Assembly: GCA_009377715.1 (NCBI GenBank)
Contig: WHTN01000003.1
Coordinates: 14,396 to 78,395 of the forward strand
From: Dehalococcoidia bacterium
Lineage (GTDB): Bacteria; Chloroflexota; Dehalococcoidia; SM23-28-2; WHTN01
Direction of reading: 5' to 3'
DNA length: 64,000 nt
The notes beneath the pieces were generated by a model. The model worked only from the letters and a program-made list of their open reading frames with translations, was not told the origin of the DNA and did no database searches. Position 1 is the stretch's first letter, and the number at the start of each line of letters is the position of its first letter. The position numbers and the translations under genes were made by a program. This document shows positions 38,126-46,330 of the stretch, piece after piece.

Positions 38126-38568
38126 TTGATCGGTTTTTGGTGCAACACCTGGAAGTCAATCTCGAAGTAGTGACTCAAGAGACTAGACTAATAGAGAAGA
38201 TTAAATTGATCGAATCCGTATGGAAACGGATTTTGGAGCAGAGGGAAGAGGAATGGCGCCAGCAAATGCGCCCCAAGGTAAAGTACTTCAAAGAAAATCG
38301 GGAAGATGTGCTATCGGATTTGGAGTTTGAGCACCGCACGGAAAAGGGAGCATTTGAGATGTTCACGACTTGTCCAGAGTGCTACCAGTGCACCCTAATA
38401 GCCGAAGGCGACTATCGAGGCATTTGTTCCAACACAAACTGCGAAGAGTGGTTTCCTTTGACTGCTTGTTCGGTTTGTGGTGGCCTAGCGATTGGATTCC
38501 GGTGGGAAGGTGTAGTCTGTGAAAGCTGCGAGGACAGATTTAACGAACTTGTGAATCAACCCGACTAG
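38116..38568 (+). CDS. Hypothetical protein with a C-terminal Cys4x2 zinc-ribbon-like cluster (low-GC island). TTG start or frameshifted continuation of the previous ORF.
   Basis: CPECYQC...CSNTNCEE...CSVCGG...CESCEDRF. Overlaps the previous ORF by 10 nt in another frame. No ATG is available in this frame. Confidence 0.4.
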   Translation: MSLIDRFLVQHLEVNLEVVTQETRLIEKIKLIESVWKRILEQREEEWRQQMRPKVKYFKENREDVLSDLEFEHRTEKGAFEMFTTCPECYQCTLIAEGDYRGICSNTNCEEWFPLTACSVCGGLAIGFRWEGVVCESCEDRFNELVNQPD

Positions 38569-38590
38569 TATCAGGTTGATACGATGCACC

Positions 38591-39130
38591 ATGACCTCGA
38601 ACTACGATATCGAAAAAGTGCGCGCCGAGTACATCGGCAAGGAGACGCCGCCCGTACTCGGACGCTACGCCGCCGAGCACGACCCAATCCGTCGCTACTG
38701 CCACATGGTGGAAGACCGCAATCCGCTCTTCCTGGACGCTCACTACGGCGAGAAGAGTCGTTACGGCGCCACCGTTTGCCCGCCCGCCGGTTGGCTCGCG
38801 ATGTACTTCGCCGGGCTCGGCCCCTGGCCGCCGACGATAGAGCCGCTGCTGCCCATCGTGCCGACCCCGGGCCGACGCTTCGTCAATCTTGTTGTCGAGA
38901 CGGAGAACTTCAAGCCCATCAAAGTCGGTGACCGGCTTTCGTCCAAGAAGCGCGTAGCGGATGTTTACCAGAAGGCGATACGCCTCGACCCCGAGGCCGT
39001 ATGGATCGTCGGCGAGACGATCATCTCGAACCAGGACGACGAAGTGGTGTGCATCGTGCGCAACACGTACGTAGTGCACCGCACGCTGCAGGAAGTGGCG
39101 GCTGCGCAGGCGAAAATGGGGAAGGCTTGA
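38591..39130 (+). CDS. MaoC-like hotdog-fold protein (N-terminal-type dehydratase subunit)
   Basis: ATG at 38591 (MTSNYDIEK). Hotdog-fold length. Paired with the downstream MaoC dehydratase gene. Confidence 0.55.
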   Translation: MTSNYDIEKVRAEYIGKETPPVLGRYAAEHDPIRRYCHMVEDRNPLFLDAHYGEKSRYGATVCPPAGWLAMYFAGLGPWPPTIEPLLPIVPTPGRRFVNLVVETENFKPIKVGDRLSSKKRVADVYQKAIRLDPEAVWIVGETIISNQDDEVVCIVRNTYVVHRTLQEVAAAQAKMGKA

Positions 39131-39190
39131 TCCGCTCTTTATCTTGTTGGCCCCTCGACAAGCTCGGGGTGAGCGGAAAATACGCCTAAC

Positions 39191-39325
39191 GTCATTGCGA
39201 GGTCGCCAGAGGTGGCCGAAGCAATCTCTGATTTGCGAAAACGATGTTTGTTACAAGTGGCGTGGAGGATATGCAGAGATTGCTTAGCGAAGTTTATCCT
39301 CAGGAACCGAAGGGCTCGCAGTGAG
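39191..39325. repeat. MITE-like repeat (GTCATTGCGAGGTCGCCAGAGGTGGCCGAAGCAATCTCTGA...GTTTATCCTCAGGAACCGAAGGGCTCGCAGTGAG), inverted orientation relative to the copy at 41189
   Basis: High similarity to the reverse complement of 41189-41333. Confidence 0.6.
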
Positions 39326-39342
39326 TCCGAAGGATTGAAATC

Positions 39343-39789
39343 ATGAAATCACGCCAGATCTACTGGGAAGACATTGAAGTCGAGGAAGAAATACCCGGCT
39401 ACGACATGGAGATCGACGCCCGGCGCATGGTTCTTCAGCTTAGCGGCTCGCAAGACCACTACCCCATCCATTTCGACCGCAACTTCGCCCGCGCCGCCGG
39501 CCACGAAGATGTTTTTATGAGCAGCGGCTTTACGGAAGCGGCGCTTGTACGTGTTATCACTGACTGGATGGGGGACGAAGGCTGGCTGCGGAAGCTACGC
39601 TTGGAACTGCGCCGCCAGAACCGCATTGGCGATACGATGGTCTGCAAGGGCCGCGTCGCCTCAAAGTACGTCCAAGACGGCGACCATTACGTCGAATGTG
39701 AGGTTTGGGCCGAGAACCAGCGTGAGGGCATCACGACGCCCGGCCGCGCTTGGGTGATCCTGCCGTCGCGAGAGGGCAGCCAGCGCTGA
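39343..39789 (+). CDS. MaoC-like (R)-specific enoyl-CoA hydratase/dehydratase
   Basis: Hotdog-fold MaoC signature region (HYPIHFDRNFARAAGHEDVF). Confidence 0.7.
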   Translation: MKSRQIYWEDIEVEEEIPGYDMEIDARRMVLQLSGSQDHYPIHFDRNFARAAGHEDVFMSSGFTEAALVRVITDWMGDEGWLRKLRLELRRQNRIGDTMVCKGRVASKYVQDGDHYVECEVWAENQREGITTPGRAWVILPSREGSQR

Positions 39790-39790
39790 T

Positions 39791-40285
39791 ATGCCGAGCG
39801 TCGTAGGCCATGCGATCGTCGGTTTGGCAATTGCAAAAACGCTTCGATTAAGTCGACGCGAAACGGCGCTCGCTGTCGGTCTTGCGGTTGTGCCGGATGC
39901 CGACGTTGTCGTCGGCTTCGTCGGCAAAGGCGACGGCGAAGTTTGGCACCGCGCCAAATGGAGCCATTCTTCAGCAACGTCATTAGCCGTAGGAACGATC
40001 GCAGCCGGAGCGACGCTAGTTATGCCGGCTAGGCGCAAGAACGGTTGGAGTTACCGTGAAGCGTTGCGAGCGGGATCGCTAGCTTCCGCCATGGTGGCAT
40101 CGCATCTCGTGTTAGACCGCTGGCTCCGCAATCCGCTAGAGCGGCGAAAACGGTTACGCTTCAGTGAGCCACGGCACCTACCGGGCGTGGTCCATTACCA
40201 TGTGAAGAACTTGCCAAACGATGTCGTATTTTACGGGTCGCTGGGATTAGCGTTCTACCGAATCTCGCGCTGGCTTGGTCTTTAG
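39791..40285 (+). CDS. Membrane-bound metal-dependent hydrolase (DUF457/YdjM-like)
   Basis: N-terminal HxxxG membrane segments. 164 aa hydrophobic protein. Confidence 0.45.
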   Translation: MPSVVGHAIVGLAIAKTLRLSRRETALAVGLAVVPDADVVVGFVGKGDGEVWHRAKWSHSSATSLAVGTIAAGATLVMPARRKNGWSYREALRAGSLASAMVASHLVLDRWLRNPLERRKRLRFSEPRHLPGVVHYHVKNLPNDVVFYGSLGLAFYRISRWLGL

Positions 40286-40455
40286 AAGCCGCTTGATGCG
40301 CGGAATAGCCGCGCGTGTCGCTTTTTCGCCCCGCACAATGCTTAACGGTATTTGAAAAGGCGAGAAGGAGGTTATGCCGGCCATCTGCGGCCTGATCAGA
40401 ATGTCGGGTTGCCGGCGTGGAGAGCGTCCCTTCGCCAGCAGTCGTGCCGTAAACG

Positions 40456-41091
40456 CTACTTGCGAGAGCAGCGTTGGCAGCGGCGCCCCTCGCAACCCTT
40501 CGGCGATGAGCGCTGCCGCCGGCCTAAGGACGCGCGGCAGCGCTCGTCGCCTAGGTGGATGGCAATGACTACGTCCGCTCCCAAGCCGTACGCAATGTCC
40601 ACCGGCAGCGTATTATGGACACCGCCATCGAGCAGGAACTGGTTGCCGAACGGCATCGGACGGGCCAGCATGGGCGGCGAGATGCTCGCCCGCATGGCGT
40701 CGACCACTCTACCTTCGCGCATAACGATCTCTCGGCCGGTCGCCAGGTCTAGCGAGACGGCCGCGAACGGTATCTTGAGGTCGGAGAACTTCAAGCCGTT
40801 TAATACGGCGCCCAGCCGCATCCCCAAGGCCGAAGGCGGCTCGCAGGTCAGGCCGCACAGGTACCAGCGCAGCAACTGTCTGGGCTTGATGCGTCGCATC
40901 ACCCGCTCCATACGGTCCGGGTCGCCAACGGCGGCGTAGACCGAGCCGAACAGTGCCCCCGCGCTCGCCCCAACGATGAGATCGATGGGGATCTGCTGCT
41001 TGTGCAGCATCTTCAGCGCGCCGATGTGCGCAAACCCCTTCGTCCCGCCGGCGCCGAGAACGACAGCAACTTTCGTCATGGCCTTAGTCAA
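40456..41091 (-). CDS. Patatin-like phospholipase (N-terminal 3/4). The C-terminal part continues in another frame as ORF 40247..40495, giving an apparent frameshift at ~40456-40495.
   Basis: GAGGTKGFAHIG (GxGxxG), GASAG nucleophile elbow and DGG motif. ORF 40247..40495 encodes the expected patatin C-terminus (PDILIRPQMAGITSFSPF). Confidence 0.6.
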   Translation of the reverse strand: MTKAMTKVAVVLGAGGTKGFAHIGALKMLHKQQIPIDLIVGASAGALFGSVYAAVGDPDRMERVMRRIKPRQLLRWYLCGLTCEPPSALGMRLGAVLNGLKFSDLKIPFAAVSLDLATGREIVMREGRVVDAMRASISPPMLARPMPFGNQFLLDGGVHNTLPVDIAYGLGADVVIAIHLGDERCRASLGRRQRSSPKGCEGRRCQRCSRK

Positions 41092-41188
41092 ATTTTAACA
41101 CTCGAGGAATTACACTGTCGGGCTAAAAACTTAGCGGCTGACTTTTTGTAGTCATTGCTGCTCCTCCCTTTCCCCTCCCAGCCGTTTG

Positions 41189-41333
41189 GTCATTGCGAGC
41201 CCTTCAGCAGGCTCAGGATAAACTCCACGAAGCAATCTCAGCCCGTTCTATTACGCTCGTTGGGTCGCCACTTCGGCTTTCGTTATCGCTATTCAGAGAT
41301 TGCCACGGCCACCTTTGGTGGCCTCGCAATGAC
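41189..41333. repeat. MITE-like repeat with terminal inverted repeats GTCATTGCGAG...CTCGCAATGAC
   Basis: Related to 39191-39325 (opposite orientation) and to family-B modules. Confidence 0.6.
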
Positions 41334-41400
41334 AGCACATCCTCCTTCCCACTTCCCTCCCAGAGTTGCGTTTCGATCCGATCTCCTTTAGCTTAGGAAC

Positions 41401-43245
41401 ATGTGTGGCATAGCGGGCTTCGCCGGGCTTTCCGATCTACCTTTGCTCAAAGCGATGATCGGGACGCTCGCCCATCGCGGTCCAGACGACGAAGATTACT
41501 TCATCGGCGATAACGTGTCGCTCGCGTATCGACGCCTCGCCATCATCGACGTCGCTCACGGCGACCAGCCGATCTTCAACGAAGACAACACCAAGGTCGT
41601 CGTCTACAACGGCGAAATCTACAATTTCCGTGAATTGCGAAGCCAGCTTGAGGACAAGCACCAGTTCCGTACCCACACCGACACCGAGGTCATCGTCCAC
41701 CTTTACGAAGAGCATGGCGAAGATGCTATACCGATGCTGAACGGCATGTTTGCCTTCGCATTCTACGATAGCGAAGCCGATAAGCTGGTCCTTGCTCGCG
41801 ACCGTTTCGGCATTAAGCCGCTCTACTACTTCGTCGAGGACGGCCGTCTGTACTTCGCGTCGGAGATAAAGGCACTGCTCAAATGCAAACGTGCCGAGCC
41901 GAGCGACCGCCAGATCTACCAGTACCTTGTCTATCGCGTGCACGATCACGACGAGAACACGTTCTTCGAGGGCATTCACCGGTTGATGCCCGGACACTAT
42001 TTGATATTTCAGGACGGGCGCGCAACCATAAAGCGCTACTGGGAGCCGAAACGCGTAGTCGTTAGCGAAAACGGTGGCTTATACGAACGCTTCCGAGCGC
42101 TATTCGATAACTCGGTCAGGAGCCAACTCATCAGCGAAGTTCCGGTCGGCAGCTGCCTCAGCGGCGGCATCGACTCTTCATCCATCGTCGCGACGATCAG
42201 CCTGCTCATGAAGCAAGGCCTCGCCGAAACCGAAGTCATCGGCGACCGCCAGAAGACCTTCTCGGCCGTCTTCCCCGGTGAGATCAACGACGAAAGCGAT
42301 TACGTCGAAGCTATGCTCTCTGTTACGGCGGTCGATAGCACGATCATTCAGCCGCAGAAGGCGGACCTCTGGACGGAACTTGAGAAGATCATCTATTACC
42401 AGGACGAGCCGGTCGTGAGTACTACCGTCTTCGCCCAGTGGGAGGTCATGAAAGCCGCCTCGAAGAAGGTGAAAGTGCTGCTCGACGGCCAGGGCGCCGA
42501 CGAACTGCTGGCGGGTTATATACCGTACTATTTTGCTTACTTACGCCAGCTTCTGAGGGAGCGAGCGTACTTTGCCTTCCTTAAGGAGTTCGCTCTTTCT
42601 TTCGACGTGCTTTTTAAGAGCCTCATCGAACAGGCGAAGAGGCGCGTAGGCATTACGAAGTCGGTCAGCGCCGAGTCTGTCCTCAACCCGCAGTTCGCAA
42701 CAAGCAGTCGCGTTCCGCACCCGTACACCCCTACGAATAACGACCTCAACCAGCGGTTGCTCGAAGACCTGCTTACGCTTAGCCTGCCGGCCCTGCTTCG
42801 TTACGAGGACCGCAACTCGATGGCATTCAGCGTCGAGGCGCGCGTTCCCTTCCTGGACAACGATCTCGTTGACTTCATTCTTTCGCTGCCTGCTTCGCAT
42901 AAGATTAGGAACGGCTGGAGCAAAGCGATCATGCGCTCCGCGATCGGCGGCCGTCTGCCGCGGAAGATAAGCCGGCGACGTTGGAAGGTCGGTTTCTCGA
43001 CGCCGGAGGTCGACTGGCTACGCCGTGAGAAGGCTAAGGTGCTGCAGATTTTCACCAGCGCCGAGTTCCGCTCGCGAAAGTACTTCGATGCGGATAGCGC
43101 GGTCTTTGCCTACAACGATTTCGTAGCCGGCAAGCACGACGACAGCCTGCTTTTCTGGCGGCTTATCAATCTGGAATACTGGCTCAGAGTTTTTATCGAC
43201 GGAGACCCAAGTGAACGAGTTAACCTCAACGCCGTCGCCCAATGA
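41401..43245 (+). CDS. asnB: Asparagine synthase (glutamine-hydrolysing)
   Basis: MCGIAGF N-terminal nucleophile Cys and SGGIDSS PP-loop motif. Confidence 0.85.
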   Translation: MCGIAGFAGLSDLPLLKAMIGTLAHRGPDDEDYFIGDNVSLAYRRLAIIDVAHGDQPIFNEDNTKVVVYNGEIYNFRELRSQLEDKHQFRTHTDTEVIVHLYEEHGEDAIPMLNGMFAFAFYDSEADKLVLARDRFGIKPLYYFVEDGRLYFASEIKALLKCKRAEPSDRQIYQYLVYRVHDHDENTFFEGIHRLMPGHYLIFQDGRATIKRYWEPKRVVVSENGGLYERFRALFDNSVRSQLISEVPVGSCLSGGIDSSSIVATISLLMKQGLAETEVIGDRQKTFSAVFPGEINDESDYVEAMLSVTAVDSTIIQPQKADLWTELEKIIYYQDEPVVSTTVFAQWEVMKAASKKVKVLLDGQGADELLAGYIPYYFAYLRQLLRERAYFAFLKEFALSFDVLFKSLIEQAKRRVGITKSVSAESVLNPQFATSSRVPHPYTPTNNDLNQRLLEDLLTLSLPALLRYEDRNSMAFSVEARVPFLDNDLVDFILSLPASHKIRNGWSKAIMRSAIGGRLPRKISRRRWKVGFSTPEVDWLRREKAKVLQIFTSAEFRSRKYFDADSAVFAYNDFVAGKHDDSLLFWRLINLEYWLRVFIDGDPSERVNLNAVAQ

Positions 43246-43921
43246 GGGCAAGCGCCTCGTCATCGAGGTAGACGGCAAAAAATATGCCCGCTACCCGATA
43301 AAGACGCGCGTCGTCACCGACCAAGATGACATAATCGAGGTTATCAAGGATGCGGTCGAGTCGCATCTGAGCGACGACGCCGTTGTCGTTATCACAGAGA
43401 AGATCGTCGCGATAAGCCAGGGTCGCGCCTTCCCGGTCGACCAGATCAAGCCGTCCTTCTGGGCAAAGTTCGTCTCGAAATTCGTTTCTAAGCATTCGTG
43501 GGGCATCGGCATCGGCAGCCCGGAGACGATGGAGTTGGCTATTCGCGAGGCGGGGTTATGGCGCATCTTGGCGGCAGGGCTGATCGCTTTTCCATTGCGG
43601 CTAATCGGCATCAAGGGCCTTTTCTACGTCCTCGTTGGCAAGAACGTAAACGCAATCGACGGCCCGACCCCGTACACCATCCCACCCTACAACCGCTACG
43701 CGAAGCTGCCGCCGAAGGACCCGGAGAACGTTGCGAAGCAGATCTCAACAGCGCTTTCTGGGGCGAAGGTCGTCATTATCGACGCCAACGACTTCGGTCA
43801 GCGCATCCTAGGCGCTTCGAACGGCGTTGACCGAAGCTTAATCAGGCGCACCTTCACCGACAATCCGCTCGGGCAGGAGAGCCAGCAGACGCCGATCGCG
43901 ATCGTCAAACGGGTGGATTGA
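43211..43921 (+). CDS. CofE-like (F420-0:gamma-glutamyl ligase family) paralog
   Basis: VVVITEKIVAISQGRAFPVDQI matches the CofE core. The C-terminal half diverges from canonical CofE. 35-nt overlap with asnB. Confidence 0.55.
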   Translation: MNELTSTPSPNEGKRLVIEVDGKKYARYPIKTRVVTDQDDIIEVIKDAVESHLSDDAVVVITEKIVAISQGRAFPVDQIKPSFWAKFVSKFVSKHSWGIGIGSPETMELAIREAGLWRILAAGLIAFPLRLIGIKGLFYVLVGKNVNAIDGPTPYTIPPYNRYAKLPPKDPENVAKQISTALSGAKVVIIDANDFGQRILGASNGVDRSLIRRTFTDNPLGQESQQTPIAIVKRVD

Positions 43922-43954
43922 TTGATATGCTCCTGTGGAGTATGGTCGTAAGAC

Positions 43955-44260
43955 CCTACCCCGCTCATGGTGAACCCATGAGCGGTTCCTCGCTCTTCGT
44001 CACGAGCGATCCTTCTCCGCTCACCCTGAGCTTGTCGAAGGGGTTTGGCAGTTTGAACCGACGGTTTTTTAAGCTGCGGATTTCAATCCGCAGGATTCGC
44101 GGATAATGGCGAGCAGTTCCTTTTTCCCGCTCACCCTGTCTCCGAAGGCGACTCGCGAGGCGAGAGCTTGTCGAAGGGGTTACGAATGACTGCCTAACGG
44201 TTTTAACCGGCGGCTTCTACAAGCTGAGGATTGAAATCCGCAGGCTGATTAAATGCTCCA
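43955..44260. repeat. Composite repeat region: CCGCTCATGGTGAACCCATGAGCGG, two family-A copies (44027, 44117) and two CRISPR-repeat-like hairpin copies AAGCTG(C/A)GGATT(T/G)(C/A)AATCCGCAGG (44074, 44228)
   Basis: Direct sequence comparison within the window. Confidence 0.6.
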
Positions 44261-44266
44261 GCATTT

Positions 44267-45373
44267 ATGCTGGGTCGTCCTAATATAGTCGTAATGGCCG
44301 AACCGTTAACCATCGCTTTGATCACCCTCGGCGATCCGAATAAGCTCACCGGCGGCTATCTGTACCATCGCCGTCTCGTGGAGAGGGCTGCTCATCATAA
44401 CGCCAGACTCGAATTCATATCGGTCCCGGAGCGGCCATTTCCGTTAGCGATCTTGGATGCCCGGTCGGTCTTGCGCGAGGCGCTTCGCCTAAAGCCTCAA
44501 GCGCTGGTTATCGATAGCATCGTGGCCGCTTACCTAGGCCCTGTACTCTCGATACGGCGGCCGGAGCTGCCAATCATCGGCATGCTCCACCAGCCGCCCG
44601 GCGGCATCGACTATGGCCCCACGCGCAGCGCTGTGCAGGCGTGGCTCGACAGGCTGACCTATCGACGGCTGGGCAGGTTGCTGGTGGCCAGCGAATCGCT
44701 TGCCGACGAACTAAAGGCCTTAGGTCTGCCCGACGAGAAGCTGTACGTCGTACCTCCCGGGAGAGACGTAGCGCCGTATGCAGTCGTGCCCGGCGAAGAC
44801 CTGCGCAGAGGCAGGCGCGTCGCTTTCCTCTGCGTCGCCAACTGGATCGAGCGTAAGGGCATCCGCAGTCTCCTCGACGCCTTCGCGCGGCTTCCCAAAG
44901 ACGCAGCGACGCTACACTTCGCCGGCGACGATAACGCCGACCCGCACTACGCGGCGCGTATACGCGAAAGGATTCGCAAGCCGGACCTTACGGAACGCGT
45001 AATCGTTCACGGACCATTGCCTATCGAAGAAGTAGCCGAGCTTTACGCGGAGGCAGACGCTTTCGTCCTGCCGAGCCTGAAGGAGCCGTACGGCACGGTC
45101 TACGGCGAGGCGATGGCCTACGGCCTACCCGTTGTAGGCTGGCGCGCGGGCAACTTGCCGTACCTAGCCGACCACGAACGCGAAGGGCTGATCGTCGAGC
45201 CCGGCGACACCGATGGCCTCGACGAGGCTCTGAAGCGATTGGCTCACGATGAGCCTCTGCGCGAACGGCTGGGAGAAGCGGCGCGTGAACGGGCCCTCGC
45301 CCGCCCGACCTGGGATGAGTCGGCTGCGTTGTTCTTCAGGCTCGCGCGTGAGGTGGTGGAGCAGGGATCGTAG
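44267..45373 (+). CDS. Glycosyltransferase family 4 (GT-B)
   Basis: C-terminal EPYGTVYGEAMAYGLPVVG (E-x7-E region). Alternative ATG at 44294 (MAEPLTIALITLG). Confidence 0.75.
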   Translation: MLGRPNIVVMAEPLTIALITLGDPNKLTGGYLYHRRLVERAAHHNARLEFISVPERPFPLAILDARSVLREALRLKPQALVIDSIVAAYLGPVLSIRRPELPIIGMLHQPPGGIDYGPTRSAVQAWLDRLTYRRLGRLLVASESLADELKALGLPDEKLYVVPPGRDVAPYAVVPGEDLRRGRRVAFLCVANWIERKGIRSLLDAFARLPKDAATLHFAGDDNADPHYAARIRERIRKPDLTERVIVHGPLPIEEVAELYAEADAFVLPSLKEPYGTVYGEAMAYGLPVVGWRAGNLPYLADHEREGLIVEPGDTDGLDEALKRLAHDEPLRERLGEAARERALARPTWDESAALFFRLAREVVEQGS

Positions 45374-45379
45374 CGTTTC

Positions 45380-45760
45380 TTACGATAGCTCCTTGCGGTA
45401 TGAGGCCCAGGCGATATCGTTCTCCCAAAGTTTAACGGTCATCGTGGTCAAGTTTGGCGCCGTGGACGTCTCGCCCAGCGCGTCGCATAAGATACGCGCG
45501 AAGTGCTCGATGCTCGGATTAAGGCCGTGAAAGGCGGACAGATCGTTAAGCGTCTTATCCTGATATCGGTCTATCGTCGCGTCCAAGGTCGCATCTATCT
45601 CCACGATATCGACAAGGTAGCCGTGCTCGTTGAGGCGTTCGCCTTCCAGCGTTAGCTCCACTTTGTACGCATGCGGGTGTCGCTCGTTCTCAGCGCCCCA
45701 ATCGCCTCCAATGAGAAAGTGATAAGCTCTAAAATCTCGCTGCACAGAAATAGCGTACAT
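45380..45760 (-). CDS. queD: 6-carboxy-5,6,7,8-tetrahydropterin synthase
   Basis: Start at MYAISVQRDFRAYHFL...HPHAY (Cx/His zinc triad, PTPS fold). 127 aa. Confidence 0.7.
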   Translation of the reverse strand: MYAISVQRDFRAYHFLIGGDWGAENERHPHAYKVELTLEGERLNEHGYLVDIVEIDATLDATIDRYQDKTLNDLSAFHGLNPSIEHFARILCDALGETSTAPNLTTMTVKLWENDIAWASYRKELS

Positions 45761-45786
45761 CTGACTCCTTAAAGTCTGAAGGTGGC

Positions 45787-46323
45787 TTAGCCTTTTAAAG
45801 AAAGCCTCTCGGCGATTAGCGCGGCGGCGTCGGCTGGGCTGCACGTGTCGGTATCGACCGTTAGGTCCGGCGCCGGCATTTTTGGCTCTTCGAACGTCTT
45901 AGAGGCCATTAGCTCCCTGTACATCTCTACCGAAGTCAGCTTCTTATATTCGTGCCTTGACTCCAAACTCAACCGCCTCTCTAACTCTGCCACAGGGCAG
46001 ACCAATTGTACGAAGTAGACCTGCCCTCCGTTCGAGGTAATCGTCGATACAGTGTCGTCAGGAAATCGCTGGCGCACCGTATTTTCAGGCGCGAAGGTGA
46101 AGATCAAACCGGTTTGGCCCGCTTTGCAGGCTTGGTCAAATACCGATAACCAGATGGACTCTCGCATCTCGACGAAAGGCTCGCTGCCGAAGTCGAACAC
46201 CGACAGCAGCATATCAACCGCTAAATGGTTATGGAACAGCCTGTAACCGGTGATGGCCGCTAGCTCCTTAGCGACCGTCAGCTTGCCGACAGCGGGGAGG
46301 CCATAGATAAAGACAAGTTTCAC
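45787..46323 (-). CDS. P-loop kinase-like AAA family protein
   Basis: Walker A YGLPAVGKLTVAKELA. Small NMP-kinase-like size. Confidence 0.5.
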   Translation of the reverse strand: MKLVFIYGLPAVGKLTVAKELAAITGYRLFHNHLAVDMLLSVFDFGSEPFVEMRESIWLSVFDQACKAGQTGLIFTFAPENTVRQRFPDDTVSTITSNGGQVYFVQLVCPVAELERRLSLESRHEYKKLTSVEMYRELMASKTFEEPKMPAPDLTVDTDTCSPADAAALIAERLSLKG

Positions 46324-46330
46324 ATCCAGG

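Noticed and set aside
44060-44260. Possible CRISPR array: two 27-nt direct repeats, each a hairpin
   Set aside because: Only two copies with a ~130-nt irregular spacer that is itself a known repeat module. There are no cas genes or leader. The same hairpin type occurs singly elsewhere (9886, 59190). Called as REP-like repeats instead.
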